A DNA stretch of 64,000 nucleotides from positions 17,643 to 81,642 of the forward strand of contig CAYZJS010000087.1 of assembly GCA_964478865.1 (NCBI GenBank), in the 5' to 3' direction. Shown here piece after piece: positions 45,881 through 55,483 of the stretch. This DNA is from an uncultured Thermodesulfatator sp. (lineage in GTDB: Bacteria > Desulfobacterota > Dissulfuribacteria > Dissulfuribacterales > QOAL01). The notes below the pieces were generated by a model that worked only from the letters and a program-made list of their open reading frames with translations, was not told the origin of the DNA and ran no database searches. How positions within the stretch are numbered: position 1 is the first letter of the stretch; the number at the start of each line of letters is the position of its first letter. The translations under genes were made by a program, and so were the position numbers.

Positions 45881-46723
45881 CTATATCACCGTGTTGTCTA
45901 TCAGCCTGGTTGATCCCACGAATACCGCCAGGGCCACCAGAAGGGGCCTTTTCACCGCGTCCAGGGGTACCAGGCTTTCCGGATCTCCCGTAAAGATATA
46001 ATCAATCCTGGTAAAAGGAAAGGATTCTATCTCTTCTTTCATGGCCTTCCGGATTTCACTGCATTCCTTCACGCCTTCGCGGGTGACAAGCCGGGAGGCA
46101 AGCTGAAGGGCCCTGAAAAGGCAAAGGGCAGAACGCCTTTCCTCTTCAGACAGATAGGCATTTCTCGAGCTCATGGCAAGCCCGTCCTTTTCCCTGACGA
46201 TGGGGCATCCGATAATCTTCACCGGCATGTCCAGGTCGGAAACCATCTTCCGTATCACCTGGAGCTGCTGGAAGTCCTTTTGCCCGAATACCGCCACATC
46301 AGGCTGAATCAGGTTGAAAAGTTTTGCCACCACCGTGGCAACCCCGCGGAAATGACCGGGCCTGGAACGCCCGCAAAGCCACCTGGTCAGTTCATCCACC
46401 ACGACCCAGGTACTGTGGCGGGAGCTGTACATCTCTTTTTCACCAGGGATGAAAACAGCATCCACCCCGTGTTCCCTGGCAAGATGGAGGTCCCTTTCCA
46501 GGTCCCTGGGATAGGATTCCAGGTCTTCACTGGGGGAGAACTGAGTAGGATTGACAAAGACAGAAACCATCACCCTGTCGGCATGTTTACGGCATTCGTC
46601 CATGAGGCTCAGGTGTCCCTGGTGAAAATAACCCATGGTGGGAACAAGGCCCACCCCCAGGGAAGCCTGCTTCCACTCTGCCACCTGCTGCCTTACGGCC
46701 TTTTTGGACTCAAGTACCCTCAT
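45881..46723 (-). CDS. panC: pantoate--beta-alanine ligase
   Basis: [15 protein letters not shown] is the HIGH-type motif. I chose the start MRVLESKK because it overlaps the upstream stop as ATGA and matches E. coli PanC spacing to VPTMG. The ORF track starts at 46747. Confidence 0.9.
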   Translation of the reverse strand: MRVLESKKAVRQQVAEWKQASLGVGLVPTMGYFHQGHLSLMDECRKHADRVMVSVFVNPTQFSPSEDLESYPRDLERDLHLAREHGVDAVFIPGEKEMYSSRHSTWVVVDELTRWLCGRSRPGHFRGVATVVAKLFNLIQPDVAVFGQKDFQQLQVIRKMVSDLDMPVKIIGCPIVREKDGLAMSSRNAYLSEEERRSALCLFRALQLASRLVTREGVKECSEIRKAMKEEIESFPFTRIDYIFTGDPESLVPLDAVKRPLLVALAVFVGSTRLIDNTVI

Positions 46724-47625
46724 CTGCATTCCTGTTCCATGGAGCACACGCCTTCATCTCCGGGAGCAAGGATATCTTGGGCGGCGGTGGGGGCAGGCAG
46801 GAGCGTCTTGCCCCGTCCGCAGAAGCATTTCTCGTTTATGTATTTCAGTATGGCCCTGTCCCCCTTGATAATGCCGAAGCCCGTTTCAGTACGCTCTATG
46901 ATAACAGGGACTGAATTGATTCCAAAGAGCTTGAGCGCCATGATATTTACATCAGGCCTGAAGTCTTCGATGGGCAGGAGCCCTGGAAGCAGATCCCGGT
47001 CCACCTTCGAGACAGGGTTAAAATGTATCTCGCAGCTGATGCAGCCGTGAAGCGAATTCAGCACCTTCTGGCAGTGGGGGCAGTTCTCCGAAAATATGAG
47101 ATAGGCGGTGGAAACGGGATCGGAACATGTCTTTACGGCATAGGTTCCTGAATTAAGGCTGATATTGCCAGCAAAGGGAAATTTTATGACTGAAAAAAAG
47201 GCAATCACCACGCAGGCCAGGACCAGACCCGAGGCAAAGAGCCTTGGTTTATAAAAGAGGCCTGTCAAGAGTATAATCGCACATATCAGGAGGCAGTACG
47301 AGCAGAACGCATGGGCAATGAATACCTGGATGCTTATGAGCAGGCCCTCGGCAACGAAGCCGCAGGTGATAACCAGATCCAGCAGAACCTCCCAGAACCT
47401 TCCTTGGCCCCTGGCCAGAAGGCTCAAAAGAAAGACGGAAAGGAAGAAGAGGGCCCCTGCGGTATTTACCGCCAGGGGGGCAAGATCAAGATAGCTTTCA
47501 ACCAGGCTGCAGCTGTCATTGAAACACAGTTCCTTACCCCGAAGATGGAAAAATATCTGCAGGATAGTCAGGGCCAGGCCTGACAGGCTGAGAAACCTGA
47601 TGAAAACTAGCTGCAATCTGCTCAT
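46720..47625 (-). CDS. VKOR-like membrane oxidoreductase fused to a thioredoxin-like domain
   Basis: A loop Cys pair (CFNDSC) and an intramembrane CSYC sit in a 4-5 TM N-terminal half. The C-terminal soluble domain carries CPHC. Confidence 0.7.
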   Translation of the reverse strand: MSRLQLVFIRFLSLSGLALTILQIFFHLRGKELCFNDSCSLVESYLDLAPLAVNTAGALFFLSVFLLSLLARGQGRFWEVLLDLVITCGFVAEGLLISIQVFIAHAFCSYCLLICAIILLTGLFYKPRLFASGLVLACVVIAFFSVIKFPFAGNISLNSGTYAVKTCSDPVSTAYLIFSENCPHCQKVLNSLHGCISCEIHFNPVSKVDRDLLPGLLPIEDFRPDVNIMALKLFGINSVPVIIERTETGFGIIKGDRAILKYINEKCFCGRGKTLLPAPTAAQDILAPGDEGVCSMEQECR

Positions 47626-47694
47626 TTTTGTATTATCGCTGGTGAATACGCTTTAGAATTTATTCGACGCTTAACATACATTTTTTAAATAGTT

Positions 47695-48990
47695 ATGACA
47701 AATAAATCACCAAAGGCCCTGCCTGCCCTGGTTTATGCCAACTCCAGGGGAGACATCTTCGACTATCCGGGGCTGAACATGGCTGGCAGGCGAGGCCTTC
47801 AGTTTGAGCGGGTTGACACGCAAGATCTCATCCCCCTGCCTGAAGGAAGCGAACTGTTTGTCCTGCCCGGCACCGTTCCCGTGGCATGGGACCCGTACCA
47901 GGACGACTTCGTGCATTTTCAGCCCGATCCCGGCACCTCCAGGGGGGAGGTAAACGCGGTGGCCGCATTCATGGCGCCGGCCTACACCCAGACATTGCTT
48001 CCGGCCTTTAAAAAGAAAGACCCTGATGCCCCGCCCCTGCCCCTTTTTGCGTATACTGCCGTTGGATGGTGGAAGGGCAGGTTCTGGGTGGCAGGCTTCA
48101 GGAGCGACAGGGACAGGAGGCAGGATGTAAGCGGCTTTGACCCTGAAAAGGTGAGAAGAAACACCCTGAAAATCCTGTCTGAAAAGAAAAAGAACAGGCT
48201 GATACAGCACCTTGGAAGATGCAGCCTTACCTATGGATGCCCTGCAGCCAAGAATCTCTTCCTGGGGCGCTTTGAAGGCCCCCTGCCGTCCTCGCCTGTC
48301 TGCAATGCAAGGTGTCTCGGGTGCCTGTCTCTCCAGGAAGAGGGGGGGCCGCCTGCCACCCAGGACAGGATCGGTTTTACCCCGACTGCCAGGGAGCTTT
48401 CGGAAACAGCCCTGATGCATCTTGAAAGGGTGAGAAGGGGGGTTGTAAGCTTCGGCCAGGGGTGCGAAGGGGAACCCCTGATGAACCCCGGGCTCCTGGC
48501 AGAATCAGTAAGAAAGATAAGAAAGGCCTGCCAGAGGGGCACCATAAACCTAAACACCAATGCCAGCCTGCCGGGCGGGCTGATCAAGGTTATAGAGGCG
48601 GGGCTCGACAGCATCCGTATCAGCATGAATTCCGTAAGGGAACCCTATTACAATGCCTACTACCGGCCCAGGGGCTATTCGTTTAAAGATGTGTTGAGAT
48701 CCTGGCGGGTTGCAAAAAAGGCAGGTCTCCACGTATCCCTGAACCTTTTTGTCATGCCCGGCCTTACCGATTCCAGGGCAGAGGCAGAGATGCTTGCCGA
48801 ACTCATCGGGCGTTTCGGGCTTGATCTCATACAGCTAAGGAACCACAATATCGACCCGGACTGGTACTTTAAGCGTATAGGTTTCAGGGATGAGCCGGGA
48901 TCCTTAGGGATAAAGGGCCTGGTAAGATATCTCAAGAAGAGGTTTCCGGGCTTGGGGTTCGGCTACTTCAATCCGCCCATAAGGGATTGA
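47695..48990 (+). CDS. radical SAM protein with uncharacterised about 190-aa N-terminal domain
   Basis: CNARCLGC is a Cx3Cx2C motif. GQGCEGEPL is a SAM-binding GGE-like motif. Confidence 0.75.
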   Translation: MTNKSPKALPALVYANSRGDIFDYPGLNMAGRRGLQFERVDTQDLIPLPEGSELFVLPGTVPVAWDPYQDDFVHFQPDPGTSRGEVNAVAAFMAPAYTQTLLPAFKKKDPDAPPLPLFAYTAVGWWKGRFWVAGFRSDRDRRQDVSGFDPEKVRRNTLKILSEKKKNRLIQHLGRCSLTYGCPAAKNLFLGRFEGPLPSSPVCNARCLGCLSLQEEGGPPATQDRIGFTPTARELSETALMHLERVRRGVVSFGQGCEGEPLMNPGLLAESVRKIRKACQRGTINLNTNASLPGGLIKVIEAGLDSIRISMNSVREPYYNAYYRPRGYSFKDVLRSWRVAKKAGLHVSLNLFVMPGLTDSRAEAEMLAELIGRFGLDLIQLRNHNIDPDWYFKRIGFRDEPGSLGIKGLVRYLKKRFPGLGFGYFNPPIRD

Positions 48991-49017
48991 CAAAACCGGG
49001 GAGGTAAAAGGCAGGGT

Positions 49018-49869
49018 ATGGATTCATTCGATTTGGAAAAGATCCTTAGAATGGTGGGAGAGATTTCCGGGGAAGAATTGCGGGAGGTTGCTGTAAAGGG
49101 AACGAGGGCTGCGGCAAAGGCGGGCCTTTTTATCCTGGACAGGTATGAAAAACCCCATGAAATCTCTTACAAGGGCGAGATAGACCTTGTGACAGAAACA
49201 GACCTTGAGGCAGAAAGGATCATAAAGGAGGCACTGGCGGACTCACAGGGCGCAGAAATAATTGCCGAAGAAAGCAGCCTGGCTTCAAGCCCCGGGGACG
49301 GCACCTTCTGGATCGTAGACCCACTGGACGGAACCACCAATTTTGCCCACGGCTTCCCGTTTTTTGCACCTTCAATCGCATACTGCCAAATAAAAGCAGG
49401 GAGGTTCCGGCCGCTGTTCGGTTGCGTATTCGTTCCGTGCCTGGGAGAATTTTTCTGGGCAGTCCGTGGAGGGGGCAGCTTTTTGAATACGAGAAGCATA
49501 AGGGTTTCCGAAGAACAGGAGATTTCAAGGGCACTTCTTGCTACAGGCTTTCCCTACGACGTGCACCAGGAGCCCGAAGATGTAATATCCGCCCTGAAAG
49601 AGATGCTTACGACCGCCCAGGGTATCAGGCGGGCAGGGGCCGCTGCCATTGATCTTGCCTACGTTGCATGTGGAAGATTCGAGGGCTTCTGGGAAAAGAA
49701 ACTGAAGCCCTGGGATACTGCAGCGGGCCAGCTCCTGGTGGAAGAGGCAGGTGGCATGATCACCGATTTCCAGGGCAAAAGCTATGATCCGTTTGTGTTG
49801 GAAGTCATAGCCTCCAACGGCCTGGTTCATGACAACATGGTAACCATACTGGAGAGGTTTTCGGGATGA
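49018..49869 (+). CDS. suhB: inositol monophosphatase-family phosphatase
   Basis: The WIVDPLDGTTNF and WDTAAG motifs are present. Confidence 0.85.
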   Translation: MDSFDLEKILRMVGEISGEELREVAVKGTRAAAKAGLFILDRYEKPHEISYKGEIDLVTETDLEAERIIKEALADSQGAEIIAEESSLASSPGDGTFWIVDPLDGTTNFAHGFPFFAPSIAYCQIKAGRFRPLFGCVFVPCLGEFFWAVRGGGSFLNTRSIRVSEEQEISRALLATGFPYDVHQEPEDVISALKEMLTTAQGIRRAGAAAIDLAYVACGRFEGFWEKKLKPWDTAAGQLLVEEAGGMITDFQGKSYDPFVLEVIASNGLVHDNMVTILERFSG

Positions 49870-50333
49870 CCACCTACAGATTCATCAGCTGCCCCAAATG
49901 CGGTACAAGGATAAAAATCTATGCAAATCCTGTCCCCACGGTTGACATTATCATAGAGATCAGGGACAAAATTGTACTGATTGAAAGGAAAAATCCGCCC
50001 CTGGGCCTGGCCATTCCCGGAGGGTTCGTGGATTACGGCGAAAGGATAGAAGATGCGGCAACAAGAGAGGCCAGGGAGGAGACAGGCCTTGAAGTACGCC
50101 TTGAATACCTGGTAGGTGTCTATTCAGATCCAAAAAGGGACAAGAGGATGCATACCATCAGCACCGTTTTTGCTGCCACTGCCCAGGACACCCCGAAGGC
50201 AGGCGACGATGCCGCCGCGGTGAAACTGGTTGACCCGGCGAACATAGAAAAGCCCCTCTGCTTTGACCACGACCTGATCATTAGGGATTATCTGAAATTG
50301 CGTCAGCAGGGCACAATGCCTGTATGGCGCTGA
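49866..50333 (+). CDS. NUDIX hydrolase
   Basis: The Nudix box is GGFVDYGERIEDAATREAREETGL. The N-terminal CPKCG is a zinc-ribbon-like element. The start overlaps the upstream stop as ATGA. Confidence 0.85.
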   Translation: MTTYRFISCPKCGTRIKIYANPVPTVDIIIEIRDKIVLIERKNPPLGLAIPGGFVDYGERIEDAATREAREETGLEVRLEYLVGVYSDPKRDKRMHTISTVFAATAQDTPKAGDDAAAVKLVDPANIEKPLCFDHDLIIRDYLKLRQQGTMPVWR

Positions 50334-50348
50334 TGGCCTGCCGGGACG

Positions 50349-51281
50349 TCATGATCCCGCCTTGACCACAAGGGTGTTTCCACCTTCCTTCTTCGCGGTG
50401 TACAGGGCGTCATCCGCGTCTGCCACGAGCTTTCTGGTAAGGGCCTCCAGGTCGTCGCCCTCACCCAGCCTGGCGAGCCCCAGGCTCAGGGTTGCCGAAT
50501 TGACATCTTCCTTCAAGAAATTGGTCCTGATGCGTTCTGCAATGGCTTCTGCATGTTCCTGGGAAGCATAGGGTATGAGTACGGCGAATTCGTCTCCACC
50601 AAACCTGAAGGCCAGATCCACGTTTTTCCTGGTGGATCTTTCAAGTGTCCTGGCCAAAATATTCAAAATCCTGTCACCTTCCTGGTGTCCGGCCTCATCA
50701 TTAACCGCCTTGAATTTGTCCAGGTCCACCATGAGCAGGAAGAGGGGATATTTTTGCCTCAGTGCCCTGGCGGCCTCCTCCATGATCTTCTGGTCGAAGA
50801 ATCTCCGGTTGTAGAGGTCGGTGAGTCCATCCCGGACGGAAAGCCTCTTGAGTGCATGCCTGAGCTGCCGTTCACGGATCACCCTGTTTAACTTTGCCTC
50901 TATCTCGTCAAGGGAAAATGGCTTCTGGATAAAATCGCTGGCGCCTGAACTAATGACATCGGTATATGTAAAATTCTTGGTATATCCCGTCATTACCAGC
51001 ACATCGATGTCTGGCCAGGACTGCTTGACAATCTTGAGAAGTTCCAGGCCGTCTATCTGCGGCATGATGAGATCGGTTATGATTATGGTAAAATTCTGGT
51101 CTTCCAGAAGTTCCAGCGCATTCCTGCCATTTTCAGCAGTGGAATAGCTGAAGCCCTTTCTTTCCAGGAACTGGCCCAGGAGGCTTCTTATGGAGACATC
51201 GTCATCCACGACCAGTATTTTCTGGTTTTCTTCTTCCATTTTGATAAAAGGGAGCCCGTTAATGTAATCTTCCAGATCCAT
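50349..51281 (-). CDS. response regulator-diguanylate cyclase (REC-GGDEF)
   Basis: The REC domain is KILVVDDDVSIR...IITDLIMPQIDG. The cyclase domain is VDLDKFKAVNDEAGHQEGD...RFGGDEFAVL. Confidence 0.85.
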   Translation of the reverse strand: MDLEDYINGLPFIKMEEENQKILVVDDDVSIRSLLGQFLERKGFSYSTAENGRNALELLEDQNFTIIITDLIMPQIDGLELLKIVKQSWPDIDVLVMTGYTKNFTYTDVISSGASDFIQKPFSLDEIEAKLNRVIRERQLRHALKRLSVRDGLTDLYNRRFFDQKIMEEAARALRQKYPLFLLMVDLDKFKAVNDEAGHQEGDRILNILARTLERSTRKNVDLAFRFGGDEFAVLIPYASQEHAEAIAERIRTNFLKEDVNSATLSLGLARLGEGDDLEALTRKLVADADDALYTAKKEGGNTLVVKAGS

Positions 51282-51478
51282 AGAAGTAATTTTTATTCCC
51301 TAAGCGTATAAGTATTCCCTAACCATATAAAATAATAGCATGTCGCAGGTTAACAATCAAAATGCCAGAGTTTGCTTTTTCCAAAAAAATAGCAGGCGGC
51401 TCCCGTGTGACCTTTGAAAAGCGTGCCATATTGATTTTGTCGGCAACACCTGACATTCACTTTATCAAGATTTACTGT

Positions 51479-52075
51479 TCAAATCCTGACCACCTTGGTG
51501 GCTATTTGCATGGAAGTCACTATGTCCAGCATGTTAGTGGTCTGGCCCACCTCTTTTTTTTCAAGGAGATCAAAATATTCCAGGCACGTACCGCAGACCA
51601 GGATGTCAACTCCTGAACGGGAATAATCCTTGAGCACCTGCAGCACGGGTGAATCCTTGACCGCAAGACGCACACCACCGTTAACCAGGATTATTCTCCA
51701 CAGGTCTTTTCCCATTTCTCCCAGGGTTAGAATGAAGTTTTTCATAAGTGCCCGCCCGAGTTCATGGTCTCCGGTACCGAATACGTCGGTGGGTATGAAG
51801 ACCAGAATCTTTTGAGCAGAAGCATCCCTTGAGGCAGGCTCATCATGCGACAACTCGCAGGTGCCAGGCGCACCGGTTATGAAAAAGCTGCCGTCCGCAC
51901 CGGTACTGGTGCTTACCGACCAGCCCTGGCTCTGGAAAAAACGGCTGACGTTCTCCCTGGCTGCCTTATTGTCCACCCGAATTTCGATAAGCTCGTCCGG
52001 AAATTTTTCTACAAGTTCCTTTGCCACAAGAACCGGTTGGGGACATGCGATCCCCCTGCAGTCTCTTTTATGCAT
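51479..52075 (-). CDS. YedF-like TusA-domain plus DsrE-like-domain sulfur/selenium carrier protein
   Basis: Start moved to MHKRDCRGIACPQPVLVAKE (TusA CPxP motif). The C-terminal half is DsrE/DsrF-like and ends in VCGTCL. Confidence 0.65.
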   Translation of the reverse strand: MHKRDCRGIACPQPVLVAKELVEKFPDELIEIRVDNKAARENVSRFFQSQGWSVSTSTGADGSFFITGAPGTCELSHDEPASRDASAQKILVFIPTDVFGTGDHELGRALMKNFILTLGEMGKDLWRIILVNGGVRLAVKDSPVLQVLKDYSRSGVDILVCGTCLEYFDLLEKKEVGQTTNMLDIVTSMQIATKVVRI

Positions 52076-52425
52076 GACCCAGGCTCCCCTATGAATGTTT
52101 TCTGGAAAATTAACCGATAGTAAAGGCAGGAAAAGTTTTGTCAACTGCTATGTCCAACACGGAGATCCATGCCGGGGCATGTTTGGTTTAGGGGCGATAT
52201 CGGGACTTTTAAAGTCAGTACCTGTTGATTAATGCAGCGAATATTGTTTAATTGTCTTCAAATGGGGAGTGTCCCAAAAATACTCATGAGGATCTTACGC
52301 CTGTCACTTCCAGGAATGAAAAGTTCGTTTTTTAAAGATACCCCGGTGGGCCAAAATCATCCATCCTTCTTGGGAACCGCTCACGTATCGTACCGGGTCA
52401 CGAGTCCATAAAACTATTAAGGCAT

Positions 52426-53088
52426 ATGCGCGAAATTTTAGAAAGACCCTGGTTCCCGTACGTATTTCCCTTTGCTCTCTTCATGCTTTTTACAGCCGTC
52501 GGTCAGTACGTGCCCGACCTGGCCCACTTGATCTACGTAACAAAAACAATAGCCGTGGGCCTGGTTCTCTTTCACTACAGGAACGAATACAGGCGGGACC
52601 TGGAAGGAAGCATTACGTTTAAGCATTGCCTCGAATCAATCTTTGCAGGCATTGTAGTATTGGCGGTCTGGATCGGGGCAGACGGATTTCTGCCGACAAT
52701 CGGAGTCCCGAGGGGATTTGATCCTGCCGAATTTTCCCTTTCTCCTTCAATGGAAACAACAGTGGTGGCAATCCGGCTCCTTGGCGCAGCCGTGGTTGTA
52801 CCCGTAATGGAGGAGCTTTTCTGGCGTTCCTTTCTTATGAGGTATCTGATAAACACCAATTTCAGGGCGGTACGACTGGGAACGTTTACCTGGTTCTCTT
52901 TTATGAGCGTTACGGTCCTTTTCGGCCTGGAACATTTCCGTGTTATCCAGGGCCTTGTGGCCGGTGCCATATTCAGCCTTCTGGTTATCAGGCAAAACAC
53001 CCTGAAGGGGGCTGTAATCTCCCATGCAGTTGCAAACCTTGGGCTGGGGCTTTATGTCCTGAACACGGAAAGCTGGCATTTCTGGTAA
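52426..53088 (+). CDS. CPBP-family (CAAX-type) intramembrane glutamic protease
   Basis: VPVMEELFWRSFL contains the EExxxR motif. FGLEH and ISHAVANL are also present. The protein is polytopic. Confidence 0.75.
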   Translation: MREILERPWFPYVFPFALFMLFTAVGQYVPDLAHLIYVTKTIAVGLVLFHYRNEYRRDLEGSITFKHCLESIFAGIVVLAVWIGADGFLPTIGVPRGFDPAEFSLSPSMETTVVAIRLLGAAVVVPVMEELFWRSFLMRYLINTNFRAVRLGTFTWFSFMSVTVLFGLEHFRVIQGLVAGAIFSLLVIRQNTLKGAVISHAVANLGLGLYVLNTESWHFW

Positions 53089-53116
53089 ATTTTTCTGTTT
53101 ATTTTTCTTGTTTGAA

Positions 53117-54415
53117 TCAACGCCTGCCAGCGTCAAAAACCGGCTTGCCGGCAAGCACCGTCAGCACGGCACGGCCCCTGAATGTGCGGCCCAGAAAGGG
53201 CGAGTTGTGGCTCTTGGAAAAAAGCGTCTCCTCTTCCACGCGTAATTCTGCCTCAGGGTCGATAACCGTGATGTCTGCCCTGCTGCCGGCCTTCAGGGTC
53301 CCTGCATCAATTCCCAGGATAGTTGCAGGGTTCACCGACATGAGCCGCACCACGTCTGAAAGGCTGAAACCCTCCTCCCCGACCAGGATTTCCAGGGCCA
53401 GGGGAAGGGCGGTTTCAAGGCCGATAATCCCGTTTGCCGCCAGCTGGAATTCGCATTCCTTCTCCAGGGTGCTGTGAGGGGCGTGGTCTGTTGCAATTGC
53501 ATCCAGGGTGCCGTCGGAAAGGCCCTGGATAATGGCCTTTCTGTCACGTTCCGTTCGAAGGGGAGGATTCATCTTGGCAAGGGTGTTGTAACCCTCTACC
53601 GCCTCTTCCGTAAGGCTGAAGTAATGGGGTGCAGTCTCTGCCGTAACCCTCACCCCTCTTTTTTTGGCCGAGCTTATGATCTCGACCGAACCGGCGGTGC
53701 TCACATGGGCGATGTGAAGGCGTGCCCCGGTGAGTTCAGCAATAGTTATGTCCCTGAATATGGCGATCTCTTCTGCAGCGGCAGGAATCCCCTTAAGCCC
53801 AAGCCTGGTGGACACGGCCCCCTCGTTCATGGAGCCTCCGGCAGACAATTCCAGCTCCTCTGCATGGGAAATGATAAGGGTATTGAAATTCAGGGAATAT
53901 TCCAGGGCAAGGCGCATGACGGCAGGATTTTTCACAGGCAGCCCGTCATCTGAAAAGGCAACGGCCCCTGCAGCCAGGAGGTCTGCGAATTCGGTGAGAT
54001 TTTCTCCCTGCTGACCCCTGGTGATGGCCGCCACAGGGAAGACCCTGCATTTTCCGGCTCTCGTGGCCTGGTCTGTAATGAACCTGGTAATGCCGGAACT
54101 GTCGTTCGGGGGCCTGGTGTTTGGCATGCATGCAACAGCAGTGAAGCCCCCGGCAGCAGCTGCCATGGAGCCGGTTTCTATGGTTTCCTTGTATTCCTCG
54201 CCAGGTTCCCTGAGATGGACGTGCATGTCCACAAGACCCGGCACAACCTGTTTCCCCGAGGCGTCAATCACCTCTGTGCCCTCCGGGGGAACTATTTCAG
54301 GGGCGATATCCTCTATCAGCCCATCCCGAACCAGGAGGTCGGAAACAGTATCCAGACCCTGGGCCGGATCGATTATTCGCCCTCCCTGGAGGAGAACCGG
54401 TCTTTGCTTACTCAT
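53117..54415 (-). CDS. pyrC: dihydroorotase
   Basis: The metal site is VDMHVHLREPG. The length of 432 aa fits. It lies directly downstream of pyrB. Confidence 0.9.
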   Translation of the reverse strand: MSKQRPVLLQGGRIIDPAQGLDTVSDLLVRDGLIEDIAPEIVPPEGTEVIDASGKQVVPGLVDMHVHLREPGEEYKETIETGSMAAAAGGFTAVACMPNTRPPNDSSGITRFITDQATRAGKCRVFPVAAITRGQQGENLTEFADLLAAGAVAFSDDGLPVKNPAVMRLALEYSLNFNTLIISHAEELELSAGGSMNEGAVSTRLGLKGIPAAAEEIAIFRDITIAELTGARLHIAHVSTAGSVEIISSAKKRGVRVTAETAPHYFSLTEEAVEGYNTLAKMNPPLRTERDRKAIIQGLSDGTLDAIATDHAPHSTLEKECEFQLAANGIIGLETALPLALEILVGEEGFSLSDVVRLMSVNPATILGIDAGTLKAGSRADITVIDPEAELRVEEETLFSKSHNSPFLGRTFRGRAVLTVLAGKPVFDAGRR

Positions 54416-54426
54416 ATCTCAAAATC

Positions 54427-55365
54427 CTACCCAAGTTTCTGAACATCCGCCAGGATCAGGGTGAAAAGTGCCATCCTGATGGCCACGCCGTTTGTGACTT
54501 GTTCAAGTATTACCGAATTAACCGCATCTGCTATTTCCGGAGTCATCTCCACGCCCCTGTTGATGGGGCCGGGATGCATTATTATGGCATCCTTTTTGAG
54601 ATGCGGCACCACTGCCCGGGAAAGTCCGAACTGCCGGGCATATTCCCTTTCCGACGGAAACGGGGAAAGCTGTCCGAGTCGCTCCTTCTGGATCCGAAGG
54701 GCCATTACAACATCCGCATCCCTTACGGCATCCCTGAGATCCAGGCAGACCCTGGCACCCAGGATGTCCGGTGCCGGAGGCATCATGGTAGCCGGCCCGC
54801 AGACCGTGACCCTGGCACCCATCTTGGTAAAGGCCAGGATGTCCGAATGGGCCACCCTGCTATGGGCGATATCCCCTATTATCGTGATATTTAGGCCCTC
54901 AAGCCTGCCGAAACGTTCCCGGACTGTGAGAAGGTCCAGAAGGGCCTGGGAAGGATGCTCGTTTGTCCCGTCTCCGGCATTGATGACCGAGGAACGGACG
55001 TATCTTGAAATAAGATGCGGGGCACCGGACATGGAGTGACGCATCACTATGATGTCCGGTTTCATGGCCTCGATGTTTCTGGCAGTATCTATGAGGGTTT
55101 CACCCTTTACCACGCTGCTGGTGCTGGCGGAAATGCCCACGGTGTCGGCACTGAGCCTCTTTGCCGCAAGCTCGAAGGAAAGCTTTGTCCTGGTGCTCGG
55201 CTCAAAAAATAGATTTACAATGGTCTTGCCCCTGAGAGGGGGCACCTTTTTGATGGGCCGCTCCAGGATTTCCTTCATGGAAACCGCCGTGTCCAGTATG
55301 AAGGAAATCTCATCCCGGTCCAGGTATGAAATTCCCAGTATGTGACGTGCCCTTAGCTCTCCCAT
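54427..55365 (-). CDS. pyrB: aspartate carbamoyltransferase catalytic subunit
   Basis: The FFEPSTRTKLSFE and HPGPINRG motifs are present. Confidence 0.9.
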   Translation of the reverse strand: MGELRARHILGISYLDRDEISFILDTAVSMKEILERPIKKVPPLRGKTIVNLFFEPSTRTKLSFELAAKRLSADTVGISASTSSVVKGETLIDTARNIEAMKPDIIVMRHSMSGAPHLISRYVRSSVINAGDGTNEHPSQALLDLLTVRERFGRLEGLNITIIGDIAHSRVAHSDILAFTKMGARVTVCGPATMMPPAPDILGARVCLDLRDAVRDADVVMALRIQKERLGQLSPFPSEREYARQFGLSRAVVPHLKKDAIIMHPGPINRGVEMTPEIADAVNSVILEQVTNGVAIRMALFTLILADVQKLG

Positions 55366-55432
55366 TTCAGACCTTTTTGTATATCCCAGCAGGAAACGCC
55401 CCGAATCCCTCCGGCTCGGGAGGATTCAGTGC

Positions 55433-55462
55433 AAAAAAAACCTCCTTTCTTCCGAAAGGAGG
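55433..55462 (-). terminator. intrinsic terminator after the oxidoreductase operon
   Basis: On the minus strand, CCTCCTTTC-ggaa-GAAAGGAGG is followed by T8. It lies 22 nt after the stop at 55484. Confidence 0.8.
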
Positions 55463-55483
55463 CTTTTGATTTCCCCTGACTGT

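Noticed and set aside
47707-48420. 237-aa minus-strand ORF
   Set aside because: It is antisense to the radical SAM gene, which has the Cx3Cx2C motif in the plus frame.
51282-52425. Looked for an in-frame UGA (selenocysteine) gene or SECIS-like hairpin around the YedF-like selenium-associated gene
   Set aside because: I saw no interrupted ORF whose halves join across a TGA, and no convincing hairpin immediately 3' of one. By eye, nothing supports a selenoprotein here.
55403-55427. Hairpin in the pyrB leader considered as a PyrR-type attenuator
   Set aside because: The loop sequence does not resemble the PyrR binding consensus as I recall it (UCCAGAGAGG-like). No U-tract follows, and no pyrR gene lies nearby.
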